Source: Promethearchaeia archaeon
GTDB lineage: Archaea; Asgardarchaeota; Lokiarchaeia; Sigyniarchaeales; SOKP01
Length of the DNA stretch: 64,000 nucleotides
Direction of reading: 5' to 3'
NCBI GenBank assembly: GCA_029856045.1
Contig: JAHQWG010000012.1
Coordinates: 96,001 to 160,000 of the forward strand
The notes under the pieces: generated by a model
Told to the model about the DNA's origin: nothing
The model's database searches: none
Seen by the model: only the letters and a program-made list of their open reading frames with translations
Position numbers and translations under genes: made by a program
Shown: positions 31,219 through 42,000 of the stretch, piece by piece
How positions within the stretch are numbered: position 1 is the stretch's first letter
Layout of the letters: every line of letters begins with the position of its first letter

Positions 31219-31931
31219 CTCAAAGAATTAATTATAAAATAATAGTTTCTTTACTGCTATAAGGACTCTACTGCTATAAAAATTTAACTCTAAAAATAGA
31301 ATAAAAATAAAATCAAAATCAGAGTTATATAAATTGCTAGCTATTTTTTGAAAAAGTAAGAGTGTTTAAGAGCACAAAATACATTAATAACTTTCAAAAA
31401 TATAGTTCATAATTGAATACTCATGTATATCATATTTTTATATATTAACTATTGTTAATTAATACACTAATATTTCTCAAAACACTCTTTTTCCTTAAAA
31501 AAAAATTTTAATTACGAAAATCTTTAATCTAATCCAAAAAAACAAAATTTACACCATTGAGATTAAAAATTTATAGAAATTGAATAATGATTATGAAATC
31601 TTATATCAATAGTTAAAAAAATATTAAACATTTTTCACCAACAATTAAAATATTTTTAAAATAATTTTCAATAGTAATTAATAAAAATTGAAAAAATTAT
31701 AATTAAAAATTCTGAAGAAAAATGGAATTAGACTAAAAAAAGAGATTTTTTTAAATTATATCTTTTTGATAATTTATTATTGCATTAATTATTTAAATAC
31801 ATTTTACAAAAAAGGCTGTATCCTTTATAAAATAACACTTCAGAGGAAAATTTTAAATACTAGAATATCATAATAGATCATTATATCAGATAAAATAAAA
31901 TGTGTTGAAATTCAAGGAGCTTAACCTTACT

Positions 31932-32012
31932 ATGAAAATTGTTACAGTAAATATACCAGAACCATATATAAACGCCATTGATAAATTAACAGGACATGAG
32001 GGTGGTGATTAG
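31932..32012 (+). CDS. 26-aa uORF: truncated copy of the downstream RHH N-terminus
   Basis: MKIVTVNIPEPYINAIDKLTGHEGGD*; GGAG upstream of ATG; TTTTAAATA TATA-like box at about 31851. Confidence 0.55.
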   Translation: MKIVTVNIPEPYINAIDKLTGHEGGD

Positions 32013-32086
32013 AAATTAAAATAGTCACAGTAAATATACCAGAACCGTATATAAACGCCATTGATAAATTAACAGGGCATGAAGGT
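31932..32086 (+). repeat. Direct repeat of 72 bp, period 83 bp
   Basis: 31932-32003 vs 32015-32086, 66/72 identical, all 6 differences at third codon positions. Confidence 0.95.
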
Positions 32087-32293
32087 TTATATCCATCAAG
32101 GTCCGAACTTATCCGGGTCGCTGTACGGGATTTTTTGCTTAAGGAACTCAGAATGGCAAGCAATCTTTCTCTTTATCAAAAAAGAACGCCTGAAGAAAAA
32201 TTTGATCATGAAAATTTTGTTAGAGTTCCAGCTACCGATGTTGACTATGGGGGAGATAGAAATTTTAAAACCTTTAGGATTGTGAGAAAATAA
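32015..32293 (+). CDS. CopG/Arc/MetJ ribbon-helix-helix regulator, 92 aa, ATT start (absent from the ORF track)
   Basis: (I/M)KIVTVNIPEPYINAIDKLTGHEGLYPSRSELIRVAVRDFL...; GGTGA 6 nt before ATT; in-frame TGA at 32006. Confidence 0.85.
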   Translation: MKIVTVNIPEPYINAIDKLTGHEGLYPSRSELIRVAVRDFLLKELRMASNLSLYQKRTPEEKFDHENFVRVPATDVDYGGDRNFKTFRIVRK

Positions 32294-32446
32294 AATAATT
32301 AGTTTTAAACTTCATAAATATAAGATAAATAGAACAATATCCTGATTATCTTCCACCCTTTCTTTTTTTTTATAAAGAAAAAATTTAAAAATTTATAAGT
32401 TTTGCATAAAAGCTTTAAGTAAATTGAAAAATTTTTGCTTTAGAAA

Positions 32447-33316
32447 ATGTTAATAGTTGTATATTTTGATAAAATTATTGGACCTAAAGCAATCGCTAGT
32501 AAGCCCGAAGATTTGATTAAAAACTTAAAAAAAGAGACCTTAAATCAAATTGTTTCTCTCTTAGATACTGGTGATGAAGGTTTTTTCACCCATGATTTTT
32601 CTTCTGAACTTCGAACAGCAAATTGGATTTTTCGGGTACCATCTAGTTGGGCACGGGGAAGCATTGAACTAATTATGTTATCGGTAATTATTCAAAAAGA
32701 AATTGAAATTAAAGAATATCAATTAGAAATGAAAAAATTTATTGATCAAATCATAAAAATAGATGATTTATATAAAGCGTTTTACATACACAATCCGAGT
32801 TTAATGCATAAAACAGAGATTCAAAAAAAATTTAAAACTCTAAATGGTAAATTAGACAAATTATATAAAATCCTGTCGCTTAAGAGTGTGGAAACTGCAG
32901 GAAGGTTAATTAAATTAGAAGATTTTCAAAAAAACAAAATCATTTCTGTTCCAAAAATGATGTTAATAAATTTAAAAAAATTAATTAAAAATAAAAAAAA
33001 TTTATTTATTGTGCATAGAATACGGGGCGATTCTCTAAAAATTGATGTAATTCCAGTTACTTCGAAAGAAATAAATAAGTTGGAAATTATTTTTGGTGTT
33101 GATATGACGCCAGCTATTATAAAAAGAATAAGTGATATCTTTTCAAAATATGAAATTTCATTAGTTTTTACGTCGGGAATCTGTCAAGAGGCAGAAAAAT
33201 GTATTTATGAAGTCTATGTTGAGCTTTTAAATATAAATGATCTTGAGGATTTAAAAAATGAAATCTATGAAATCGAAGGAATTATCGATATTCAGACTGA
33301 AAAATTATCCACTTAG
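32447..33316 (+). CDS. Longin/uDENN-like N-terminal domain fused to a C-terminal ACT-like domain
   Basis: LIVVYFDKIIGP...ANWIFRVPSSWARGSIELIMLSV; C-term PAIIKRISDIFSKYEISLVFTSG...LEDLKNEIYEIEGIIDI (beta-alpha-beta-beta-alpha-beta). Confidence 0.7.
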   Translation: MLIVVYFDKIIGPKAIASKPEDLIKNLKKETLNQIVSLLDTGDEGFFTHDFSSELRTANWIFRVPSSWARGSIELIMLSVIIQKEIEIKEYQLEMKKFIDQIIKIDDLYKAFYIHNPSLMHKTEIQKKFKTLNGKLDKLYKILSLKSVETAGRLIKLEDFQKNKIISVPKMMLINLKKLIKNKKNLFIVHRIRGDSLKIDVIPVTSKEINKLEIIFGVDMTPAIIKRISDIFSKYEISLVFTSGICQEAEKCIYEVYVELLNINDLEDLKNEIYEIEGIIDIQTEKLST

Positions 33317-33583
33317 TGAAATTTATTGCGTAAAAATACTAAAATTAATAGTGGAGATATTAAAAATAAGAAAAAATTCCTTTTTTTTAAAAAAACAATC
33401 AAATTTTTACCCATATTATGTTATCATAAAGATCCTTCTAAAATAGCCTTGAAACCGTTATAAATAAAAATTAAAAATAAATTATATTAATTTTGAAATA
33501 CTAAATATTTATTAAAGGAAATCATTAGAATTAATTTAATAATCAATTAAGCCAATTTAAAAATAGGTATTTCTTTTACAAAT

Positions 33584-34129
33584 ATGTCAACAAAAAGAAC
33601 ACTTATCTATAAAGTTTGTGTTATAGGCGATGGAGGAGTAGGAAAAACTTCCTTGGTTCTACAATATACAGAGAAAAAATTTACCGAGCAATATGTGATG
33701 ACGATTGGAAGCAATTTCGGGATTAAGAAAGTTGAGATTCCAGAATATCCTGATTTAGAAGTACGATTACAACTCTGGGATTTGGCTGGACAACGTCATT
33801 TTTCATTTGTTCGCCCTCCCTTTTATCGTGGAGCTACAGCATTAATGTATGTTTTTGATGTTACACGCCGGAGTTCGTTCACAAACCTCCCGAATTGGAA
33901 AGAAGAGGCAGAAAAAGTAATTGGGCAGAAAACATCAGTGATATTAGGAAATAAGATTGATTTAGCCCAAGATTATAGGGAGGTAGGGTCAGAAGAAGGG
34001 CGGGCAATTAGTGAAGAATATGATTCAGGAGGCTATTTTGAAACTTCTGCAAAAGAGGAAGTCAATATTAAGGAGGCTTTTAATACGCTTGTATCAACAA
34101 TTCTAAATAAATTAAATTTTGAGTTATGA
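33584..34129 (+). CDS. Rab-like small GTPase
   Basis: GDGGVGKT, TIGSNF, LQLWDLAGQ, FYRGA, GNKID, ETSAK; no C-terminal prenylation cysteines. Confidence 0.93.
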   Translation: MSTKRTLIYKVCVIGDGGVGKTSLVLQYTEKKFTEQYVMTIGSNFGIKKVEIPEYPDLEVRLQLWDLAGQRHFSFVRPPFYRGATALMYVFDVTRRSSFTNLPNWKEEAEKVIGQKTSVILGNKIDLAQDYREVGSEEGRAISEEYDSGGYFETSAKEEVNIKEAFNTLVSTILNKLNFEL

Positions 34130-34325
34130 AGAATAATTTACGAGAAAAAAGTAAATTTTATTATTTAATTGAGATTTCTCCTTGATTATATTTTAATAAC
34201 CATTTATTTCTGCAATAATTATATTTTGATAAATCTAATTTTATATAAGATTATTCTTTATTATTGTACCTAGAAGTAGTGATTTTTTTAATATTTCATA
34301 AAAAGTATAAATATCAAAAAATTGG

Positions 34326-35054
34326 TTGAAAACTGAGATGTTTGGAGGCGGAAAAATTCAATATGATCGAGCTCTGACTATTTTTTCTCCAGAGGGAAGA
34401 TTATATCAAGTAGAGTATGCATTAGAGGCAGTTAGAAGAGGAACCTTAATTGTAGGAATAAAAACAGAAAATGATGTGTGTTTAGCTGCACAAATAAAAG
34501 TTGCATCTACTTTAATGGAAATTGATTCAATCGATAAGTTATTTAAAGTTGATGAACATATAGGGTGTGCAATTTCAGGTTTACATGCAGATTCTAGGGT
34601 ATTAATAAACTATGCAAGGGTACAAGCTCAATCTTATAGGCTAGTATATGATGAACCAGTAAGATTAAATATGTTAGTAAAATCTATTGCGGATTTAAAA
34701 CAAATGTATACACAATACGGTGGAATAAGACCCTTCGGTTGTAGTTTATTTTTTATTGGTTATGATTCAGATGGACCTCAGATTTATACTACATCTCCAA
34801 GCGGGATTTATCGTAGTTTTAAAGCTTTTGCGTTAGGTTCAGGAGAGACTACTGCACGGGAATTTATTGAGAAGGAATATAACCCAACATTTTCATTGAA
34901 AGAAATTCAATTGCTTGCAATAAGAACTATAAAGGAAAGTGTTGAAGATGACATAACAGCAGAAACTATTAAAATTTCTCAAATCTCTAGTGAAGATAAA
35001 AGATATAAATTGCTTTCTAAATCTGAAGTTGAAAGTTTAATAGCAGAATTATAA
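34326..35054 (+). CDS. psmA: Proteasome subunit alpha; likely start ATG 34338
   Basis: YDRALTIFSPEGRLYQVEYA, SGLHADSR, TQYGGIRPFG. Confidence 0.96.
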   Translation: MKTEMFGGGKIQYDRALTIFSPEGRLYQVEYALEAVRRGTLIVGIKTENDVCLAAQIKVASTLMEIDSIDKLFKVDEHIGCAISGLHADSRVLINYARVQAQSYRLVYDEPVRLNMLVKSIADLKQMYTQYGGIRPFGCSLFFIGYDSDGPQIYTTSPSGIYRSFKAFALGSGETTAREFIEKEYNPTFSLKEIQLLAIRTIKESVEDDITAETIKISQISSEDKRYKLLSKSEVESLIAEL

Positions 35055-35122
35055 TAATAGGCTCTTTTTTAAAAAAATTAAGTGAAAAATAGAAAAAAAT
35101 TGATTTTTTGTTTTTCGGAAAT

Positions 35123-38100
35123 TTAAATGTTTTTAGTAAATAATATCGAATTCATTTCACTTGTGTAAATAACCACGCCATCCACAATTAATGTGTATTC
35201 AAACATAACTAAAAGTCCAGAGACACTCACTGAACTCGCATAGAATTGTGTAGTAAAAATTTTTCCTTCACCTGGATAAAGAATTTCATTCATTAACGTA
35301 TAATTATAACCAATATTGCCTTCACCCCAAGTGAATGTACTATTAATTAAACTACCTTGAGTAGGAATAGTAGCATTAACAAGATCAGAATAGATCGATA
35401 CATTAAGTACCACATTCCTCGCTGGGTGTGAGATATTAAAATTGACTTCTATTTCAATTCTTGAATTGGCTGGATTCGGATACTCTACTGTAGAATCATA
35501 GATATAACTTAATGTGACATTTCCTTCACTTGGTTCTTCTTCGGCTGTTATATTCAAAGCTTTATATGCCTCAATTGCGGACACACCATAACCGGGATCT
35601 ACACCTGAAAATCCATCGATTAATCCTGTTAATTTTAACTCTTGAATACCACTTACCGTTGCATAACTGGGTATAAAGTAATAGAGAGAACCGGCTAATG
35701 GATATATTAGGGTATTGCCATACCTATGCCCCGTTATTAATTCAATCTCTTGAGTAGCTGCAGTCCCATAGTAATCTCGAGCTGTCGCAGGTCCAACCAA
35801 ATTAATGTTAGTTAGACTTCTTGTATGATATAATATTGCCTGTCCGAAATTATCTCCATGTCTTATTACGTATAAACCAGAAAGAATTTTTGCCTCTCTA
35901 CCAACATACTCAACTAAATCAATTCCAACATACTCAATGCCATCCCCTAAATCAGTTTCTATATAGAAAAGATCTCCACCATCTGGTCGCTCATGAAAAT
36001 CATCACCTCTTCGGAATGTCGTAGGATCTTGAACATGATAAATATATTCCCATTCTAATTGTTTTTCAAAAAGTGTTTCAGGGTATCTTAATTGATCTTT
36101 TAACCAACTCGGTATATTCTTCCATGGATATTTTTCAAGATAGATTTTCCAAAATGGATAAGTCAAATCATCGTTAATACTTTCTTTTAAAGCAGGATTC
36201 TTATAAAATGTCATGCTGCCATCCAAAATATCTACTAAACAAATTCCCAAAAATCTATAAATTGGACTTTTGGAGTAAGACCCTATTGCAATATTAGTGC
36301 ATATAGAAACCCCATAATACACTTTACCAGAATTTCTATCAAAAATAAGATATGGATCATTATCTATCCAAAGCCCGGGTAAAAGTGCCCTTGAGACTCT
36401 GGTTTTTATATTTCTATTAATTAAATAACTACTTTCTGTCAAATTTAAAGCGTATGGAAATAACCCTAGGTTAGAAGTAAAATAAAATTGCTCAAGTCCC
36501 TCTAATTCTCCATCTGGTGCTCCTTTATATGAATATTTTAAGTTTTCAATTCCTGCTGACCAAGTTGTATTTAAAAGAATATCTGTCTCATATGCTCCAA
36601 GACCCCCTTCAGAAGAATCAAAAAAGCCATCTTCATCTGCTAAATTATCGAAATATGATGCAGTAAAGACAGAACTCTCGCGTTCACCAAAGAATATTGG
36701 ATAATCCTGAGATACATTAAAGATATTTTGATATTGACTTTCTGTTGCTAATAAATTACCAGTGAACGTATCCATGGCAAGAAATCCTTCCACATGATCA
36801 AAAAGGGCTGTGTGCAACTCTACGCCACCAGCAGTTATCCCGGACATTCTTAAGGTTTTTGGTGAAACCCAATATTCATTCCCTCCAATATAGATAATAT
36901 CACTATCTGCTATAGATTCATATTTTGAAGCAATCTGGGCAGACATTTTCTGAACTGCTGCACTTTGATCATATTGTCGGATGAGAGGTATAATTTCCGA
37001 ATCGGGAGTAATAGTAGACTCCGTATAATTCTCTATAGTGCGTTCTTCAAACATGTCTAATCCTGCACAAATTCGAGTCCACTCGACTTCACGAGCTGTT
37101 TTTTTATTCCATCTTTCTAAATTCCATGTAGAAGTACTTGATTCAATATTAACTGCCACTGGTATGCTAATGATGAGTGGAATTATTATAATAATTATTA
37201 GCCCAATAGCTAATATGCCCATTTTTTTCTGGTGGGAACTTAACATTATAAAACCTTTTCCTCGTTTCTTACCATAAAAAAATGTATATCCATTAATTAG
37301 GATCCCTAATACTATAAATCCAACAAAACCAAAAATCAAGGACGCCGATTGCAGAAGATTCAAACCGTCTAACGCAAGTAATGGTAAATTAAAAAAAGCT
37401 AATCCGAAAACAATACCAATAATTAAAAAGAGATCTGCAAGAGCATAAAAATCGTTCCTTCTAAGGTATGTATTTTTTAATATGTTTAAGATAATCCGAA
37501 AAATAATAACTCCTAAAATAAAATTTATTATGGGTAAATAAAGCGCTGAATAGAGAAAAATACTTGTTAAGTCCGTGCTATTTTGATCAAATAGCACATT
37601 AAATGCATTACTCATTAAATTTGGAGATAAATTAAAAATTCCATTATCTAAAAGATAAATTGCCCAGCTAAAATTTGATGATGCATCAATCAATTGACCA
37701 ATTAAATAAAAAACTCCAAAACCTATCGTCCACCAATAAATCATCGCTTTAAACTTAGATGTCCGACCCCATCCCAAATAAGTGCCGAGGAGAGTAAAAA
37801 GATTTCTTTCTGGGGGGATACTCATAATAATAGCCCCCAATAAGGCCCCAATTAAAGCAGTTTTATTAAATATAAAATTTGCGCTCCAAAAATTTAGTGT
37901 GAAAATTTCTACATAATTTACTCCTCCAGCTTTATTAGAATAGAGTTGAATTTGTAAATTCATTCCTGCTGTCCAACTAGGGATAAACCAAAATATTGAT
38001 AAAAAGAAGATAATTACAAATACCGGAATCAATAGTAAAAGATATTTTTTAAATTCTTTTCTCCTTTTAATTGGAGTATATTTATATCGAGGTTCTCTTG

Positions 38101-38335
38101 TGTATGCTCTATTATCTTTTTTATAAGGACCACGTTCAGATGGAGTTGTAGTTTTTTCTCTGACTTCAAATTTTTCCTCCTTAATCTCTCCTTTTTCTAT
38201 TGCATCTGGATAGAGTAGTTTTTCTTTTTCTCTTTCTTTTTGCTCTTCATTTGCTGCCCTACAATCTTTGCAGTAATAGTTAAATTTGTCATGTTTCTTA
38301 CAGGATTTCTTCTTTTCTTTAGTCATATTTATCAT
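35123..38335 (-). CDS. UPF0182-family membrane protein
   Basis: About 9 TM N-terminal half; IFFGE, RNIKTRV, DNDPY, QLRYPETLF in the large extracellular half; N-terminal CxxH-x6-CxxC. Confidence 0.85.
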   Translation of the reverse strand: MINMTKEKKKSCKKHDKFNYYCKDCRAANEEQKEREKEKLLYPDAIEKGEIKEEKFEVREKTTTPSERGPYKKDNRAYTREPRYKYTPIKRRKEFKKYLLLLIPVFVIIFFLSIFWFIPSWTAGMNLQIQLYSNKAGGVNYVEIFTLNFWSANFIFNKTALIGALLGAIIMSIPPERNLFTLLGTYLGWGRTSKFKAMIYWWTIGFGVFYLIGQLIDASSNFSWAIYLLDNGIFNLSPNLMSNAFNVLFDQNSTDLTSIFLYSALYLPIINFILGVIIFRIILNILKNTYLRRNDFYALADLFLIIGIVFGLAFFNLPLLALDGLNLLQSASLIFGFVGFIVLGILINGYTFFYGKKRGKGFIMLSSHQKKMGILAIGLIIIIIIPLIISIPVAVNIESSTSTWNLERWNKKTAREVEWTRICAGLDMFEERTIENYTESTITPDSEIIPLIRQYDQSAAVQKMSAQIASKYESIADSDIIYIGGNEYWVSPKTLRMSGITAGGVELHTALFDHVEGFLAMDTFTGNLLATESQYQNIFNVSQDYPIFFGERESSVFTASYFDNLADEDGFFDSSEGGLGAYETDILLNTTWSAGIENLKYSYKGAPDGELEGLEQFYFTSNLGLFPYALNLTESSYLINRNIKTRVSRALLPGLWIDNDPYLIFDRNSGKVYYGVSICTNIAIGSYSKSPIYRFLGICLVDILDGSMTFYKNPALKESINDDLTYPFWKIYLEKYPWKNIPSWLKDQLRYPETLFEKQLEWEYIYHVQDPTTFRRGDDFHERPDGGDLFYIETDLGDGIEYVGIDLVEYVGREAKILSGLYVIRHGDNFGQAILYHTRSLTNINLVGPATARDYYGTAATQEIELITGHRYGNTLIYPLAGSLYYFIPSYATVSGIQELKLTGLIDGFSGVDPGYGVSAIEAYKALNITAEEEPSEGNVTLSYIYDSTVEYPNPANSRIEIEVNFNISHPARNVVLNVSIYSDLVNATIPTQGSLINSTFTWGEGNIGYNYTLMNEILYPGEGKIFTTQFYASSVSVSGLLVMFEYTLIVDGVVIYTSEMNSILFTKNI

Positions 38336-38437
38336 TAAATTTTTTTAATTATTTTTAATACGATTTAAATAGATGTATTTTATTTATTTATTATTTTAGA
38401 TTATATTATATTAAATTGCAATAGATAAATAGTTTAA

Positions 38438-38836
38438 GTGCATTCAAGAATGGCAAAAAAGAAAAAAATACGGGATGATTTTGAATTTTATTTTAAAAGA
38501 GGAGACGAAAAAAAAATTAAACAAATGTTAGTAGATTATCCTTGGTTATTAGATGAGCAAGAAAGACGTATGGATAGTGATATTGGGCAACAAAATGAAA
38601 TTCTAGCAGCACTCGGAGTCATGGAAGATGAACTTAATTCACCAGTGCCAATTGATGAAATAATATTCTCACTACGCGTGGATTTTAATATTCAAAAAAA
38701 AAATGATGAGATACTCGAAGTTCTAAATAATATTAAATCACTAGGTTATGTAAAAAAAGAGGAGGATGGATGGGTTTTAACTTCTGAAGGAGGCCGAATG
38801 TGCGATCAATTCTTGAATTCAAAATTAGAATTATAG
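38438..38836 (+). CDS. Hypothetical winged-helix-like protein; likely start ATG 38450
   Basis: LNNIKSLGYVKKEEDGWVLTSEG wing signature. Confidence 0.7.
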   Translation: MHSRMAKKKKIRDDFEFYFKRGDEKKIKQMLVDYPWLLDEQERRMDSDIGQQNEILAALGVMEDELNSPVPIDEIIFSLRVDFNIQKKNDEILEVLNNIKSLGYVKKEEDGWVLTSEGGRMCDQFLNSKLEL

Positions 38837-39054
38837 AAAAATCATATAAATCTTAAACTAAGAGGTTAATAAGTTGCTTTTCTTCAAATTTTATAAATTT
38901 CTGAAGGAATTTTGACATAAAAAATTAAAATTATAGTCTTCTTAATATCAAATATCCATTTATGCAATTAAAAATCAATGAAATTTATAATACAAGTGTT
39001 TTATTGTTATTTGTAGTATTAGATATTAAAACTATAAAAAAGTCGTGAAATATA

Positions 39055-42000
39055 TTGAGAAATCCCGCTAATTCAGATAATGTTGATGATGATCTTGTAA
39101 AGCAAATTTTTAAGATAATCAATATGGGGAAGGAACTTATTGAATTGGATAAATTCAATGATGGTATTGACTGTTATAATAAAGCCATAGGTATATTGAA
39201 ACAGATGCCTGGTTATGAAAATGAAGTTCAAAAAACTGAAAAATTAATTGAAGAAGCATATACTAAATATGATCAGGTTTTTCCGAAAAGTGAACAAGAG
39301 GGTGAAGAAATAGATAGAACTCAGTTAAAAAAAGAAAAGTTAGCAGATTTTACAAAGAAGAAAGAAGAAATAGAAGAAAAAAGTAAATTAGCTTATGATT
39401 ATTTGGGAAAAGGGTCAGATTTTGCCCAATCCAATCAATTTGATAAAGCTCTTGAGAAATATACACAAGCAAAAAATATTTTTCAGGAGATAGGTTGGAC
39501 CTCGGAAGTTCCTAAGGTTGAGCTGCTAATAAAGGAATTGAATGAAAAGAAAAATAAATTTCTAAAAATACAGGAAGAAAAACAAAAAATAATTGAAAAA
39601 AAGAAAAAAATAACAAAAAAAGAACAAGAAATTATTTCACAACATGGAGAATTTCTCCAGAAATCTGAAAATGCAAAAGAAACTAAATTAAAGACTTACC
39701 AACAAAAAAAGCAAAAAGAAAAAGACCTAAGTGCAGAAGCTTATGATCTGTTGGGTGAAGCTTCAGAGCTAATCCAATCCAATGAATTTGAGAAAGCGCT
39801 TGAAAATTATAATCAAGCAAAAAAATTATTTAATGAGATCAATTGGCAAAGTGAAATTTCTAAGATTCAACAATTTATAAAGGATTTGGAGGAAAAACAG
39901 AAGAAATTCATGATATTACAGCAAGAACTATTGAAAAAACAAGATATAAGTAAAGAAATAACTGAAAAAGATCAAGAATTTTTATTAAAACAACAAGAAT
40001 TAAAAAAGTATATCGAAGATATAAAAGAAACTAAAGTAAAAGCATATCAACAAAAAAAGCAAAAAGAAAAAGACCTAAGTATAGAAGCATATGATATGTT
40101 GGGAGAAGCTTCAGAACTTGAAGAAGAAAATCAATTCGATGAAGCTCTGGAGAATTATTTACTTGCAACCGAAATTTTTAAAGAAATAGGATGGCATTCA
40201 GAAGTTCCTAAGATTCAAGAATTGATGAAAAACTTAAAAATTAAGAAGAATAAATATTTAGAATTGCTTCAAAAAGAGAAGGAAATGCAAACACAGTTGC
40301 AAATTGAACAAAGTAAATTAAAAGAATTTGAATTAATCAAACAAGAATCTCTTCAAAAAGAGTCTATTCAAAAGGAAGAAAAAATAAAAAGAATGGAGCA
40401 ACAAAAGAAAGAACAGAGAAGAATTGAAAAAGAAATTCAAGATAAAGTAAATTATGTAGGTAAATTAGTAAGAGATTATGAGAAATCTTTAAAAAAAGGA
40501 AAGTTTGATCAACAAAATCCATACGAGGAGATTATTTCTATTTATGAAGGAATAATAGAAATCCTTAAGGAAACCGGTTGGACTGATCAAATTAATCCAT
40601 ATAAAGAAACTATTAAACATTACGAGGAAAAACTAGCTCGTGACGGAAAATTAAGAGAGATTGAACGCCAAAAGCAAGAAGAAGAATTGATATCTACAAT
40701 ACCTGTTGAAGATCAAATTGAAACTCAAGTTTTAACTGATAAAAGAAAGAAATTAGAGCAAAAAAAGAAAGAACAGAAAAGAATTGAAAAAGAAATTCAA
40801 GATAGAATAAATTATGCAGAACAATTAGAGAGAGAGTATGATTTAGTATTAAAAAAGAAAGATTTTTCTCAAAAAGCTCCATATAATGAAATAATTATGA
40901 TTTATGAAGATATAATAAAGATTCTTAAGGAAGTAGAATGGATGGATCAAATTAAACCTTACAGGGGAACAATTAAGCATTATGAGGAAAAATCAGCTCA
41001 TGATTTAAAATTAAGAGAGTTAGAACGCCAAAAACAAGAAATAGATGAGTTCGTAATTACTCCTTTGGTGGATGACTCAAAAAGTCAAAAGATTACAGAT
41101 AAAAGAGTTGAATTGGAACAAAAGAAGCTTAAACAACAACAGATTGAAAATGAAATCCAAGATAGAGTAAATTATGCAGAATCGTTAGAGAGAGAATATG
41201 AGTTGGTATTGAAAAAAAAAGATTTCTCTTTAGAATCTCCATTTGATGAAATAATTATAATTTATGAAGAACTAATTGAAATTCTTAAAAATGCAGGATG
41301 GACTGATCAAATCAAACCATATTCAGAAACAATAAAACATTATGAGGAAAAATCCGTTCGTGACACCAGATTAAGAGAGTTTGAACGCCAAAAGCAAGAG
41401 AAAGAAATGATCCCAATAGCAGTTGATGAAGATGGAGCTAAAACTCAAGAACTGTTAGATAAACAAATGGAATTAGAGATAAAAAAGAAAAAACAAGAAC
41501 GTATTGAGGAGGAAATACAAAAAAAAGTCAATTATGCAGAATCTTTAGCAAGAGAATATGAATTAGCACTTAGAAAAAAAGATTTTTCAAAGGTTTGTCC
41601 CTATGAAAATATAATTGAGATTTATAAAGAAATAATTGAGATTCTCAAGGAAACTGGATGGACAGATCAAATTAAACTTTATACAGAAACCATTAAACAT
41701 TATGAACAAAAATTAGAACACGATAAAAAATTTAGAGAATTTGAACGGCAAAAACTTGAGAAGGTTGAAATCGAATATTTTCCCCCTCAAGAATCTTTAA
41801 AAGATTCGGTTGCAACAGATCTAAGGATGATTAAACATGAAAAAAAGAAAAAGGAAGAAATTCAAGTTCAAAAAGAGATAGATGATATGATTAATATTGC
41901 AGAAAATATGGCAAGAGAATATGAAAAGAAATTGAGGTATAAAGATTTTTCAAAACCTTGTCCCTATGAAGAAATAATTAAAATTTATAGAAAGGCTAAA

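Noticed and set aside
31219-31931. Replication origin
   Set aside because: No ORB-like G-string repeats seen and no adjacent orc1/cdc6
31932-32086. Repeat pair as a diversity-generating retroelement TR/VR
   Set aside because: Differences are third-position and not adenine-specific; no reverse transcriptase in the window
31942-32285. Track ORFs 31942-32163 (-) and 32079-32285 (+)
   Set aside because: Shadow frames of the RHH gene at 32015-32293
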